A stretch of 64,000 nucleotides of DNA from Octopus sinensis (GCF_006345805.1 NC_043003.1:48670001-48734000), one strand, 5' to 3'. Positions 26,492-39,635 are shown, numbered from the stretch's first letter. The notes: generated from the sequence alone by a model not told the origin. Program-made: numbers and translations.

Positions 26492-27460
26492 GGCAGCGAG
26501 CTGGCAGAATCGTTAGCACGCCGGGAAAAATGCTTAGCGGCATTTCGTCCGTCGCTACGTTCTGAGTTTATATTCTGCCGATGTCGACTTTGCCATTCAT
26601 CCCTTCGGGGTCGATGAAATAATTATCAGCAAAACACTGGAGTCGTTCGGAGCGATTAGTCCCTTCCCAACAAATTGCAGGCCCAGTACCTATATTAGAA
26701 AAGATCATTATTGCTATTAAGGTGGCGAGCTGGCTGAACTGTTGGCATGCCGGGCAAAATGCTTAGCGATATTATTTCGTCTGTCTTTACGTTCTGAGTT
26801 CAAATTCCGTCGAGGTCGACTTTGCCTTTCAGCCTTTCAGGGTCGATAAATTAAAGTACCAGTTGAGTACTGAGGTCGATGTAATCGACTTTATCCTTCC
26901 CCTCAAATTTCAGGCCTTGAGCCTATAACAGAAAGGATTATTGTTATTACGTGTAATTAATAAAATCATTTTGTAACATTCCATCAAGAAACCAAATCGA
27001 AAAGTTTTGAATTTTTGTCAAAATTTAAATGTAGGGATATTTTCGTTGGTCATGTTTTTTTTTGTTTTCTTTTTACTTTTTTGAAAGCAGGAAAATGGTT
27101 TTGTCCCTTATTATTTTGCTATTTTATTCTCGGTTTTTTAAACATGTTAAATTATTGCGTTCAACTAGAGATGAAAGCAGTAATTATGTTTCTTAATTAC
27201 TGAGACGCATAGTGAGAAAGACAGAGGGAGAGAGAAAGAGAGCGGGGAGAGAAAGAGAGCGGGGAGAGAAAGAGAGAGAGAGAGAGAAAGAAAATGCGAT
27301 GGATTTGTGGAAACAGAAAATGTAATTCATAAGAAAAATGTGATCAGATTCCAGCGTAAGATTGGAAAATTTACACAGAAATAAAATGGGTGTATGAAAA
27401 TCAAAAATAAAAATTTCATTGCCCTCTGTTACCAGAATCGGTAAAAGCTTTAAGACGACG

Positions 27461-27493
<33 letters not shown>

Positions 27494-27532
27494 GCAACAA
27501 TAATAATAATATTAATAATAATAATAATAATC

Positions 27533-27580
<48 letters not shown>

Positions 27581-27608
27581 TAATAATAATAATAATAATA
27601 ATATAATA

Positions 27609-28165
27609 CATGCCCTGATGCAGTACCAGACAGTGGCTCTCATGGCTTCTGATCTTAACTGATTGGAAGTGTTATCATGTACATTGTTTTGTCTTGGTAT
27701 AAAAGATGGGTTACAGCAAATATTCTGCTCAATACCACAGATTTGCTTGTCAGTTGTTTGACCTTAAACAGTTGAGCATGTCCCTTGGTGGCTGACAATA
27801 CGTGCATCTCTGATCACGAGCAGAAGTAGTGGGGGAGCATCATAGCCATGTGTTGAGAGGGATTCTTTGAGGTTTGAATAATTCACCTCTGGAAACATGG
27901 GTGTTTCGTTCAACATCCTTAAACAACCCTTATTCAGGGACCTTTCGAGTGGGATGGGTTACTCAACCTGAAGAAAATTCTAACTGGGCCCCACCTGCAA
28001 GGTCATGTGCTGTTTATCTTGATATGAGATCACCATGTCGCGCACATATGGTTGTGATGCATGTGCCTAGTGTACCCTTACCAGACGGGTAGTCATGATG
28101 GGTATACTGGGCTTCGTATATTTTACCCCAGTGTCACTTTGATGGCATGCACTGCTCTCTCACTC
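27609..28165. mobile_element. 557-bp non-coding interspersed-repeat candidate embedded in (AAT)n
   Basis: Sharply bounded complex sequence with (AAT)n on both sides in the same orientation; no convincing ORF; single copy in this window. Confidence 0.55.
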
Positions 28166-28207
<42 letters not shown>

Positions 28208-28233
28208 TATTATCATCATCATCATCATCATCA

Positions 28234-28301
<68 letters not shown>

Positions 28302-28324
28302 GTTATTATTGCTGTTATTATTTT

Positions 28325-30158
28325 CATATACACCCAACAGATTAGACTGTTGGAAAAGAAAAAATCCTAACATCGGGTCACAAGTCACTTTAGATGCCAA
28401 GAACCCTCCTATTGGGCTACACAAATAACCTTAGATGCCAAGAACTCGCCTAATTATCCTAGCTGTCCCTAATAACACTGTTTTCTGGAGGTGTACTAAA
28501 ATGGGTTTTATGCCTATTTCCTCTATTCATCTGATCATATCTTTAAGGATGGTTCCCAATGCACCTATAAATACTGGGATACATTTTACCCACACTTTCC
28601 ATAGTCTCTGTAATTCAATAGCTAAGTCCTGGTACTTCGCTACTTTTTCTATACTTCTCATCTGGAACTGTAAAGTCAATTATCTGGCACTTTCTATTCG
28701 GTTTATCTACTACTACTAAATCAGGCCTTCTAGCTTCTATTACTCTGTCAGTCTGAATGTTGAAGTCCTACAACATCTTATATTTTTTTTACTTTATAGT
28801 ACGTTACTTGGTTCATGTTCAAATCCTAGCTTTCTGCATAGCTCCCAGTGGATTGCTCTCCCTAGATTGTCATGTCCTTTCTTGTAGTCTTTCTGTGCCA
28901 GCATGCTACATTCACTTACTATGTGAGTAGCGTTTTCCTCTTTTGATTTGCATAATATACATTGAGAATCTACTTGGTTTTTGTCTATCTTGGTTTTTAT
29001 CCAGTTAGTCCTTAATGCTTAATCTTGTGCATCTACAAATAGCTTTCTGTTTCCCTCTTTCTGTAACCCTAACCATGTCTCACTACTACTGTTTGCTGCA
29101 ACAATCTTTGGGAATCTACCATGCAACGCCTTCTCCTGCCAGTCAGATAATTTCTGTTCTGTTTTCTGCTTTTTAACTTCGTTTGGGTTTTTGGTTTCCC
29201 TATATTTTGCTGTCACTCTAGCAGCTTTTAATATACTTTCTTCACTATTACCTACATAGGAATTTATATCTACTCTAGCTAACTCCACCAAGTCTTCAAC
29301 TGATATTAACCGTCTTTCGCCTTTCTTTCTAGATAAATATAATCTTGTTACTCTATCTCCATTAATATTGAATTCCTCCCTAGTTCTTCTGTTTAGCTTT
29401 GCTAATTCAATTTTTGTCCAATCTACAAAAGCTGCTGAATATCTAAATAATAATACTGCCCAAGTATTTACAGCCTTCACTAGATTCGGATCATTTAGCT
29501 CTGACTTCATTAGCTTCCTCACCCTTCTAATGTACTCCTTCTCAATTTTCATCTCTATAGTTAGTAATCTGTCAGATTCTAATACTCCTAGATACTTATA
29601 ACTCTCTCCTTCTTTCAATGATTTTTAATGTCCGGCCATCTGGTAATTGGATGCCTTCGCTGTTGACTACCTGTCCCCTTCACATGACTAATATTGAACA
29701 TTTATCTATGCCAAATTCTATGCCTATATCTTTGCTGAAGAGTCTTACAGTCTGTATTAAGGAATCTATGCCTTTTTCATTCTTACTAAAAAGATTCAGA
29801 TCATCCATGTAGAGCAAATGGTTAATTTTTCCCTTACTGTTTCTGAAATGATACCATGCTTTTGTCTTCCTTAGTATTAAACTGAGTGGGATCAAACATA
29901 TGACAAACATTAAAGGGGACAACAAGTATCCCTGGCAATTTCCTCTTTTGATATTAACTTTCCCTAAGATAGTGTCACCTGAGTAGAGATCTACTTTCCA
30001 TTTCTTCATGCTAAAGCTAATTTATTCTGTTATGCTGTCTGTTATACTGAATGTACTCAAACATTCACGCATCCATGAGTGTGGGATCATGTCATTAGCT
30101 TCCTATAATCTATCCATGCTATTGTTATGTTTTGCTTAGATTGCCAAAATTTATTTTT
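28325..30158 (-). mobile_element. 5'-truncated R4/Dong-like LINE (RT + zinc finger + REL), degenerate
   Basis: AWIDYRK; IKRG..QG..LSPLMF; INHLLYMDDL; FGIDKC; YKYLGV; AVNTWAV; CILCKSKEENATHIVSEC; ends IQKTVLLGTARIIRRVLGI*, short 3' UTR, then (TAA)n. Confidence 0.9.
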
Positions 30159-30199
30159 TGAACCAGTTGAAGACACACAAGATGTCGAAATATCGTTCA
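30159..30199 (+). ncRNA. Degenerate minimal hammerhead-like motif
   Basis: UGAAC-CAGUUGAA-GACA/CACAAGA/UGUC-GAAA-U-AUC^GUUCA: 5-bp helix I, 4-bp helix II, AUAU palindrome, NUH=AUC; core differs from CUGAUGAA at two positions. Confidence 0.45.
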
Positions 30200-30244
30200 C
30201 TAGATAACAATGGCACTCTAATAATAATAATGATGATGATAATG

Positions 30245-30281
<37 letters not shown>

Positions 30282-30291
30282 CAACAACAAC

Positions 30292-30373
<82 letters not shown>

Positions 30374-30577
30374 TAATATTAATAATAATAAATGCCTTGG
30401 GGCTGGCCAAATTGGAGCAATCTCGAGTATAACCAGCTGAAATTGCAAAGATAATCTGGTACTCGACTGAGGAAAAAAACTTGTTTTCTTTGTATCTTCT
30501 ATCTGGATGTTTTGTTGTCTCTTTTTTGTATTACCTAACTGTCTGGATGCTTTGCGTTCTTGTCCCATTTTGTATTT

Positions 30578-30632
<55 letters not shown>

Positions 30633-31480
30633 TCATATAAAGAGCAATTTAACAGAGCAATACAAAAGTATAAATGAAAGAGAGTGAAAGAGAAATAGAG
30701 AGAGAGGGATGGAGAAAGGGAGAGAGACTAATAATAAGATGAGGAAAAGGAAAGTGTGACAGAAATTGTCAAATTGTAGTATACGAAGGATTACTGAATA
30801 ACAATTTAAAGTATTCCCAAGCCCAGACTTGGGCGTTGGGACGGTGTTATCGATGCAAATCACGTCTACTTGCAAACACTTCTTAAAACCAACGAACACT
30901 GAGGTATGCATTTTGTGGTCATTGAACTCAAATGAAATATTGCCAAAGTCTCTCTTACATAATCCCCTACTGTTTGAAATAAAGGACACGTGTAATATAA
31001 TTCTTGATAGACTATAGTTGAAATAAAGAAAAAAAAAAGGTGTGATAGTCACTGTCAGAATGGTTCCAACAAGAGGCCACGATTATAGCCGAGATTGAGT
31101 TATACAACAACAACAACAACAACAACTTATTTCAGATCGGGGCAGTAACGGAAAAGAACCTGTTTCTTGTCGAAGGATGTGGTTTAAGCAAGATTACATT
31201 TAAAAGAGGCAAATATATTAAAACCCTTCACAAGATTTAGTTTTAAAATCTTACTGAACGGAACTGATAATGAGACAAGAGTCGGATATAAGCTTTCAAA
31301 TAACAATAGAGCACCAAACCTAAATTATTTACCTCCTGTCCGTGTTGATACGAAACCGTGGGAAAAAACGAAATTACAAGTGAATTTTCCTAATTTCAGA
31401 GAAAGCTTTACCTACTTCTAGATATATATGTGTACATGTGTGTGTGTGTGCGTGTGTGCGTGTGTGTGCATATATATTAT

Positions 31481-31574
<94 letters not shown>

Positions 31575-31577
31575 ACG

Positions 31578-31656
<79 letters not shown>

Positions 31657-31677
31657 TACGTATATATATGTGTGTGC

Positions 31678-31711
<34 letters not shown>

Positions 31712-31779
31712 TTATATATGTATATGCATATCAATATATGTATATACATATAAGTATGTATATAAACACACACACACAC

Positions 31780-31839
<60 letters not shown>

Positions 31840-31861
31840 ATATATAATATATATATATATA

Positions 31862-31893
<32 letters not shown>

Positions 31894-32747
31894 CGAGGTC
31901 TAATCAATAAGTGTCCGGACTGTTGTCATAGTAACGAATCTAAAGCACGCAGATTAAGCCGCTTAGCAAAGATTGGCCTCGAATTATGTTGTGCATGCGC
32001 ACTCAGTTTTAACGCTCTAGCTCAATTTCGCTGCTTACAGCAGTGCATCGAATGAAGGTGTTTAGTGTGTGATTGTCGCATTGAGTGTAACAGAAAAAGT
32101 TGTCATGGTGATACGTGCTCAGAGGCCTACGCAAAATTACAGAGAGTGTATGGAGAGGAGTGTATGAGTGGGTCAGACGTTTCTAAGATGGACGAAAGCC
32201 TGTCGATAGTGACGAACGTTCTGGGAGACCTGCAACCAGCAGAACTGAGAAAAACATCGCAAACGTGCGTGCAACTGTGTGGGAAAATCGTCGAATCACC
32301 ATCCGTAAGTTATAAGAGGATATGCAGATTATTTACGGTTTAGTCCATTATTACTGAAGATTTGGGTATGAGGCGCATATCTGCCAAGTTTGTGCCTAAA
32401 CTGCTTTCAGCTGACCAAAAAGTTGCACAAGTCTCCTTGATTGTGTCGAGAACGATGAAAACTTTTTGAAAACTTTGCGTAGGCCACTGAGCTGGTATCG
32501 CCAAGCTTTTGGCAAAATTTGATGCAGATCCTCTGCTCATTTTCCTCTATCATGGTCAATGCGACGATCACAGACTACACACCTCCCTTCCAAGCACTGT
32601 TGAAAACAATTGAAGTGAGCTAGAACGTCAAAACTTTGTGCATATGCACAACAGAGTTCAAGATCAATCTGCACCAAGCAACTTTACTCTGCATGCTTTA
32701 GCTTCGTTACTATGGCAACAGTCCAGATACTTACTGATCAAACCACG
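31894..32747 (+). mobile_element. Internally deleted mariner element with both TIRs and TA TSD
   Basis: About 55-bp TIRs CGAGGTCTAATCAATAAGTGTCCGGACTGTTGTCATAGTAACGAATCTAAAGC and its diverged reverse complement, TA on both sides; interior DTCSEAYAKLQRVYGEECMS..ITEDLGMRRISAKFVPKLL. Confidence 0.9.
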
Positions 32748-32861
32748 TATATCTTACAGTCGGAGCTTCTGCTATCATTAATCCGAAGCCAACAGGTGGC
32801 TTCTTATGATGCAGACTTAAGAAGGACAACTGAACCATTTTACACATATTAGCTATACTAA

Positions 32862-32922
<61 letters not shown>

Positions 32923-33318
32923 CAAAATAAGCAACAGTATATCAAGTAGCGATGCAGTACAACCGTTTCAATAGGCTCCATTTAATTGAACAATGCAATC
33001 ATTACATCAATTTAAATTCAGTGCTGTATTCAGCTGCACAAATAAATAAATGGAATTTAGCAAGTAGGACACATCAATATAATTTTTCTTGAATTTTTCT
33101 TAAATATTTTAACAGAGCAATTAGATGGAAGAGATTCATGTTGTCACTATTGTAGCTAAGAATAGACTACAACTCCTAAGAATCGCATGGAGAATAGTGG
33201 GGTCATAGGGTTGTAAGGGTTATAATTAATTTCTAATTTATTTATCTCTATATCAACTAATTGTATGTTGATTGTATCAACATACAATCTAAGACTAGAA
33301 GACTGTGTCTATTTTGGA

Positions 33319-33674
33319 CTAGCACTATGACCCGGCAACGCCGGGTCATAGTGCTAGTGCATGCATATACAGCTGCGTGCGTGCGCACATACACTCGAGT
33401 ACTGTCCAAATCTCCGGCCAATCACAGCTAGCTGGCATTCAATTGGCGTATCAAGTTTCGGGCATTTTGATTGGGTTTTGGATAGAAAATTCACAAAAAA
33501 GTCACTTCTGTTGATTTCTTAATGGCTTTTCGGGGTGACTGGGGAAATGTAAAGATGTGCACGACAACCCTTGAACGGTTTTGAATGACGATAGAAAGTG
33601 CGAGCCCTCTAACTAAAAAATTGTGGATTTGTATAAAGGACACACACGCAGACATTTTGCCGTATATATATAGA
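33319..33674 (-). mobile_element. Non-autonomous Helitron with extended 3' palindrome
   Basis: Minus 5' TCTATATATATACGGC; 3' end is a 19+3+19 palindrome ACTAGCACTATGACCCGGC-AAC-GCCGGGTCATAGTGCTAGT. Confidence 0.75.
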
Positions 33675-34016
33675 GAGAGATAAAGGACAAGACTGAATTG
33701 ACAGCTCATGGCTAGGTATGGTCATAAATATAATCATATGTATCCCTTTTCCTTAGGGAGGAAATAAGACATTAGGAGTAGTCAGTTGAATATAAATAAC
33801 TGTCTATAAAATGAGGCAAGGTAAGGGTAGATTTTAAATCATGATATCAATTACCAGTTAAAGGGGTAAGACGCTAATAAACTTAAGATGTTAATACAGA
33901 GAAAATTTTATTTAGGGGCACTATGGGGGATTGTTTATAAACAATATTGTTATGTTGTATGAAAATAAAATTTAAGAATTTCAAAAATGACATTATAACC
34001 AAAAAAAGTGTGTATA

Positions 34017-34497
34017 TCTCTTATTATAAAGGGCAGATTTTATCTGCCACCCTTTGTCAGTTATAGAAATCTACAATATAGGATTTCTTCAATTGCAATT
34101 TACCTATCATTTTTAAGAGTAGAATGCATCGGGTCATGCCAGGTCCAGTTTTTAAAATTTAAACTCCAATTAAGCAAAATTTACAGAAAACTCACATTCT
34201 GGTGTGTATGTCAAATGCTTTTCTTAATGTGGTTTACACCACACGCACACGCGCACACACAGTGTGCAACGAATAAAATGAAAGTAATTCACTGTGTGTG
34301 TGTTGACGGCGATGGCGATGGCGATGGCGATGGCGATGGCGATGTAATATTTGTTTCTGTCTATCACGCTGATAGGTACATGAGTAAAATGTATGGCAAG
34401 CTAAGAGATAAGAGTGAGTGAAAATGTTCTTGGAAGAGAGTAAATGGCGAGAGTGATTTGAGGAAGACTTTACATTAAATAACCGTAGTGGCTTGTA
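34017..34497 (+). mobile_element. Interspersed repeat with Helitron-like 5' end; inverted second copy at about 35915-36392
   Basis: Both start A|TCTCTTATTATAAA(G/A)GGCAGATTTTATCTGCC and align over about 450 bp; no CTAG 3' terminus seen. Confidence 0.6.
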
Positions 34498-34507
34498 TAT
34501 ATATATA

Positions 34508-35146
34508 CTAGCAGTATCGCCCGGCGTTGCTCGGGTTTGTAAGGGAAATAACTATATAAGCATTTTTAGAGAGTTATAGCCAAAAAATAGCAAAACATGC
34601 ATTAAAAATGGAAAAAATATGATGGTAAATTTTTTGAAAATTCGTTGACTCATCGTAGACATTTTTAGAGAGTTACTTCCCTTATATAATAGCGAAAAAA
34701 TGCATTAAAATGGAAAAAAAACGATGGTAAATTTTTTTTAAATCGTCGTAGACTCATGTAGACGCTTTCTTAGCCATTTCTGTTTTGGTGTCTTCAAGCC
34801 ATGAAGTCGTTGTTCTAAAAGAACACTGGTCTCCTTGACAACGCATTACGACGTTGATTTCCTTACACTCCCTTCCCCACAGGTGCAGGTGTGAGCGTGG
34901 ACGCCAACTCCGCCGCCATCGACACACGAAAAATTATGCATTAAAATGGAATAAAAAATGATGTTAAATTATTTTTAAAATCGTAGACTCATCGTAGACG
35001 CGCGCTAATATTCAGACGGGCTCGATATGAATCACGATTATAAGCTACCCGAATTTGGTTAAACTGCACCGCAAAATGTGGGAGTAGTTAGGAATCTAAA
35101 TCGAAGGGGACAGACACTCACACAACTACAGTTTTATATATATAGA
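34508..35146 (-). mobile_element. Second copy of the composite Helitron, internally deleted
   Basis: Same 5' end (TCTATATATATAAAACTGTAG), same internal segment (GTAAGGAAATCAACGTCGTAATGCG..) and same 3' hairpin+CTAG as 20430-21343. Confidence 0.85.
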
Positions 35147-35224
35147 TATACATAGCGCAGTAGTGGTGAGATGTGACAGCAAAGAAAAGCATACATTCAC
35201 TCTCTGCATGCAATTAGACTCGGA

Positions 35225-35530
35225 AAGTTTGTGAGGAACCCATTGACCCAATTTGCTGACTTTTCCGATAGCACACAGGTCTCAATGAATGGTTGAATGA
35301 CCAAATCCAAGCTTCTCTGCTAGTTCCTCAACAGTTACGATGAGATTTTGTTCCACCAGGGTTTTCAGGATGTCCTTGTCGAGTTCTACAGATCTTTCAG
35401 GATGAGGCTCGTCTTCTAGGCTGTAGTTTATGGCTCGGGATTTCTGGAACCACCATTGACATGCCTTACGCTTATTGTCCAATCCCCATATACTGCATTA
35501 ATATTTCTTGTACTTTGCACACATTTATAT
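35225..35530 (-). pseudogene. Mariner transposase N-terminal fragment
   Basis: CQWWFQK..SLEDEPHPERSVELDKDILKTLVEQNLIVTVEELAEKLGFGHSTIH then GKVSKLGQWVPHKL (mariner WVPHEL motif). Confidence 0.85.
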
Positions 35531-35839
35531 TCTGTTATTCTTTTATATGTTTCAGCCTTGAGGTTGTGGCCATGCTGGATCATGTGTGTGTGTGTGTGTG
35601 TCTATCTGTCTGTCTGTCTGTATGTATATATGTATATGTATGTGTGTGAACAATAATATTTTCAACAGATGTGTTGCAAATGTATCTGATTGTTCTCAAG
35701 CTTCAATACTGTGTGTGTGTATGTGTGTGTGTATGTATGTATGTATATGTATGTATGTATGTATATGTATGTATGTATATGTATGTATGTATGTATGTGT
35801 GTATGTATGTATGTGTGTGTGTATGTATGTGTGTGTGTA

Positions 35840-35870
<31 letters not shown>

Positions 35871-36398
35871 ATGTATGTATGTATGTATGAGTGTATGTTT
35901 ACTTTATTACTAACACAAGCCACTACGGTTATTACTAACACAAGCCACTACGGTAAAGTCTTCCTCAAATCACTCTCTCTCTCGCTATTTACTCTCTTCC
36001 AAGAACATTTTCACTCACTCTTAGCTCTTAGCTTCCCATACATTTTACTCATGTATCTATCAGCGTCATAGACAGAATACTTTCAGTTTAGTCTTGCTCA
36101 AATCACTCTGTCGCTATTTACTTTCATTTTATTCGTTGCCCACTGTGTGTGTGCGTTTGCGTGTGGTGTAAACCAGACTAAGAAAAGCATTTGACACACA
36201 CACCAGAATGTGAGTTTTCTGTAAATTTTGCTTAATTGGAGTTTAAATTTTAAAAACTAGACCTGGCATGACGCGATGCATTGTACTCTAAAAAATGCTA
36301 GGTAAATTGTAATTGAAGAAATCCTATATTGTAGATTTGTATAACTCCCAAAGGGAGGCAGATAAAATCTGCCTTTTATAATAAGAGATATACATACA

Positions 36399-36662
36399 TA
36401 AGACAGTAAGGTGTGATTTGAGGGAGATTTGGCTGCTATTTCTACCATGTCTAGCTGCCATGTAGGGGTCTCCCTCATAGGCTCATACATACATATATAC
36501 ATAGATAAGACAGTAAGGTGTGATTTGGGCGAAATTTGGCTGCTATTTCTACCAGGTCTAGCTACCATGTAGAGGTCCCCCTCATTGGCTCATATATATA
36601 TACATACATAAGACAGTAAGGTGTGATTTGGGGGAGATTTGGCTGCTGTTTCTACCAGGTCT
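36399..36662. repeat. Tandem repeat, about 105-bp unit x2.5
   Basis: TAAGACAGTAAGGTGTGATTTG..ATTTGGCTGCT..TTCTACCA recurs at about 36399, 36507 and 36609. Confidence 0.85.
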
Positions 36663-36973
36663 GTTAGAGAATGTATTCTTTTATTCTTCTGCTTTTTCTA
36701 GCCATTGGTCTGTGGCCATGCTGGGGCAATGCCTTGAAGAATTGTAGTTTAATGAATCAACTCCAGTTTTATTTTTGTAAGCATTGTACTTATTCTATCT
36801 GTTTCCTTTGTCAAACCACTAGGTGACAGGGATGTAAACAAACCAACATTCGTTGTCAAGCAGTGGTGGAGGACAATCACAAGCACAGACACGCACACAC
36901 ACACACATACATGCATACACATATACACACATACATACATACATACATATATATATATGTGTGTATATATATA

Positions 36974-37232
36974 TTGCAGCGTGGAAGGTGTTTGTAAGCC
37001 ATTTAAGAAACACACAAAAACCGTTAGATTCACTTCAACATTTAAATTTAATTTGCCAAAATATTTTCCTCGCTTTGAGACCGCGACCTGTTCACTGACA
37101 AAAATATCGTGCTAACAGGTCGCGGTCTCAAAGCGACGAAAATATTTTGACAAATTAAATTTAAATGTTGAAGTGAATCTAACGGTTTTTGTGTGTTTCT
37201 TAAATGGCTTATAAACACCTTCAACGCTGCAA
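36974..37232. repeat. 119-bp inverted repeat (4 mismatches) with 21-nt loop
   Basis: Arms 36974-37092 and 37114-37232 compared base by base. Confidence 0.9.
37052..37102 (-). ncRNA. Minimal hammerhead-like motif with G3:C8 swapped core
   Basis: Minus: UUUGUCA-GUGAACA-G-GUCGC/GGUCUCAAA/GCGAG-GAAA-AUA-UUU^UGGCAAA; the opposite arm supplies the repaired alleles GCGAC and UGACAAA. Confidence 0.55.
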
Positions 37233-37396
37233 CTGTTTTCGTTCCAGCACACGATCTCAGATCAAGTCACTTGCTATGCAAGTACATCTCTGTAACTATA
37301 TATATATTTATATATATATATATATATGTATATTGGTAAAAACAGTAAGATAACAAAAGAAAGAAAGAGACCTCAATATTATGTAAATAGAGGAAA

Positions 37397-37790
37397 TCTT
37401 TATATATAAAAGTGAGGTTGTGTGTCTGTCTCCTACGATTTAGATTCCTAACTACTCCCACATTTTGCGGTGCAGTTTAACCAAAACCGGGTATCATATA
37501 GTCGTGATTCATATCGAGACCGTCTGGGTATTAGCGCGCGTTTATGATGAGTCTACTATTTAAAAAAAAATTACCATCAAATTTTCCCATTTTTAATCCA
37601 TTTTTGACATATATAAGGGAAGTAACTCTCTAAAATTTATTATTAAATCTCAGAACGTAAAAAGCTACAGTAACACCCCTCCCCCTTTGTGGTTAGCCAT
37701 ATTGAGATGGCTATTATACTTTACATCTCTAAAAATGCTTATATAATTATTTCCCTTACAAACCCGAGCAACGCCGGGCGATACTGCTAG
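37397..37790 (+). mobile_element. Non-autonomous Helitron
   Basis: A|TCTTTATATATAAAAG ... CCCGAGCAACGCCGGG hairpin, CGATACTGCTAG|T; AT target, no TSD. Confidence 0.9.
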
Positions 37791-38102
37791 TCAATTATAA
37801 ACAGATTACATAGAATCAGTTTAATATTCATTCATGTTCTTAATTAATTACAAAATAGGTGGTTTCTATAAAGACTGCTCAAGGCATTTACATATTTTGA
37901 TTTTATTCACCTTACTTCGGGTTGAGCGGATAATATTGGACTGACTTGGTGCTTCAACTTAAGACCTAATTCAACTGAATCTCATATAATATATATATAT
38001 ATATTATATATATATATATTATATATATATATATAATGTATATATATTGGACGCTCAGGAAAGAAGAAAGAAGGAGGGTTTATATATATATGTATATATA
38101 TA

Positions 38103-38148
<46 letters not shown>

Positions 38149-38260
38149 TATATAAGAGAGAGACGCCATAGGCTCGGTATCTGAAGAAACGCTGTAAATC
38201 TAAGCGGTTTATGGACGTGAAAACCAGGGTAACACCTTAGACCGGCCATTTCTATCCTTA

Positions 38261-38365
<105 letters not shown>

Positions 38366-39594
38366 GAAAGGAGGATATAATTTCTTCATATAGTTCATAT
38401 TTCGTTGTTAGTTTATGACCAGTTCATTATTTTTAACACTAACAATAATATTAAATTCATGTCAGTTTAGATTAGTGATTTCAAACCACATGGTTCCGGG
38501 TTCAGTCACACCTTGAGAGACAAAATTGCCTCTAGTTCCAGGCTGATCAAAGCCGTGTGAGTGGACTTGTTAGATGGAAGCCAAAAGTAGCCGTTGTATG
38601 TGTGTGTGTGTGTGTTTGTGTATGTGTGTGTTGGTGTGTGTGTATGTGTGCGTGTCCGCGCGTGTGTGCGTGTGTGCGTGTGTGCGTGTGTGCGTGTTTG
38701 TGTTTGTCCCTCACTACAGCTTGACAACCGAGGTTACTCTGTATCCCTCTAATTTAGCGGTCCAACAAGAAAGACTGTGTATGTATATATTTGTCTTCGG
38801 GCTTGTGTTTGTCTACCGGCGTTAATTTGTTTACGTCCCCTTGTCTTAACAGTTTGGCAAAGGTTTCGAGGAAATAAGTAAGTACTAGACTTAGAAATAA
38901 AACAAGTACTGGAGTTGGTTTGTTCGATTAAACCCATTGAGTCAATGCCCCAGCATGGCTGCAGTCCAATGACTGAAACAACTTAAAGATGAGATTTTCT
39001 TGCAATTACCTCCCTTGGCTGTTGATTTTATTATTTTGACAAACACCGAGAAACGATTTTTAATTGCATAGATAATCCCAGTTAACGAAAGTTCTTTAAC
39101 TTATTGTATTGCATATGTGAAATCCTTGTATTTGTATTTAGTAAGCAGAACGCTCGTCTTAGGTATTTTCTCTCAGCGATACACGCACATATACACGCAC
39201 GCGCATACACACACACGTGCATAAATAACAATTTGTCTATCTTATTTAATGTGCATATACTTTAAGAAAGCCACGATATTGCGGTATTCGCCTTGAGAAG
39301 GAATCTCTTATAGAGGTTAGCACTATACATCTACGAGTGGGTACTGTAAAGTTATTGCTCGACAGATTTCCCTCTCAGGTTCACACAGTGGCCCTTCAGT
39401 TTTTCTAAGCCTTGTAAAAGAACTAGGAAAGTTGCGCATTGAACCGGACCTTTCGCGATACACTTAAAGCCGGGAACTTTTCAGCACCCCTTCGTACATG
39501 AGATGCGTTCTTAAGGCGAATACCGCAGGGTTATGGTTTTCTTAACGTATATCCACATTAAATAGAACATACAGATTGTTATATATGCATATGC

Positions 39595-39635
<41 letters not shown>

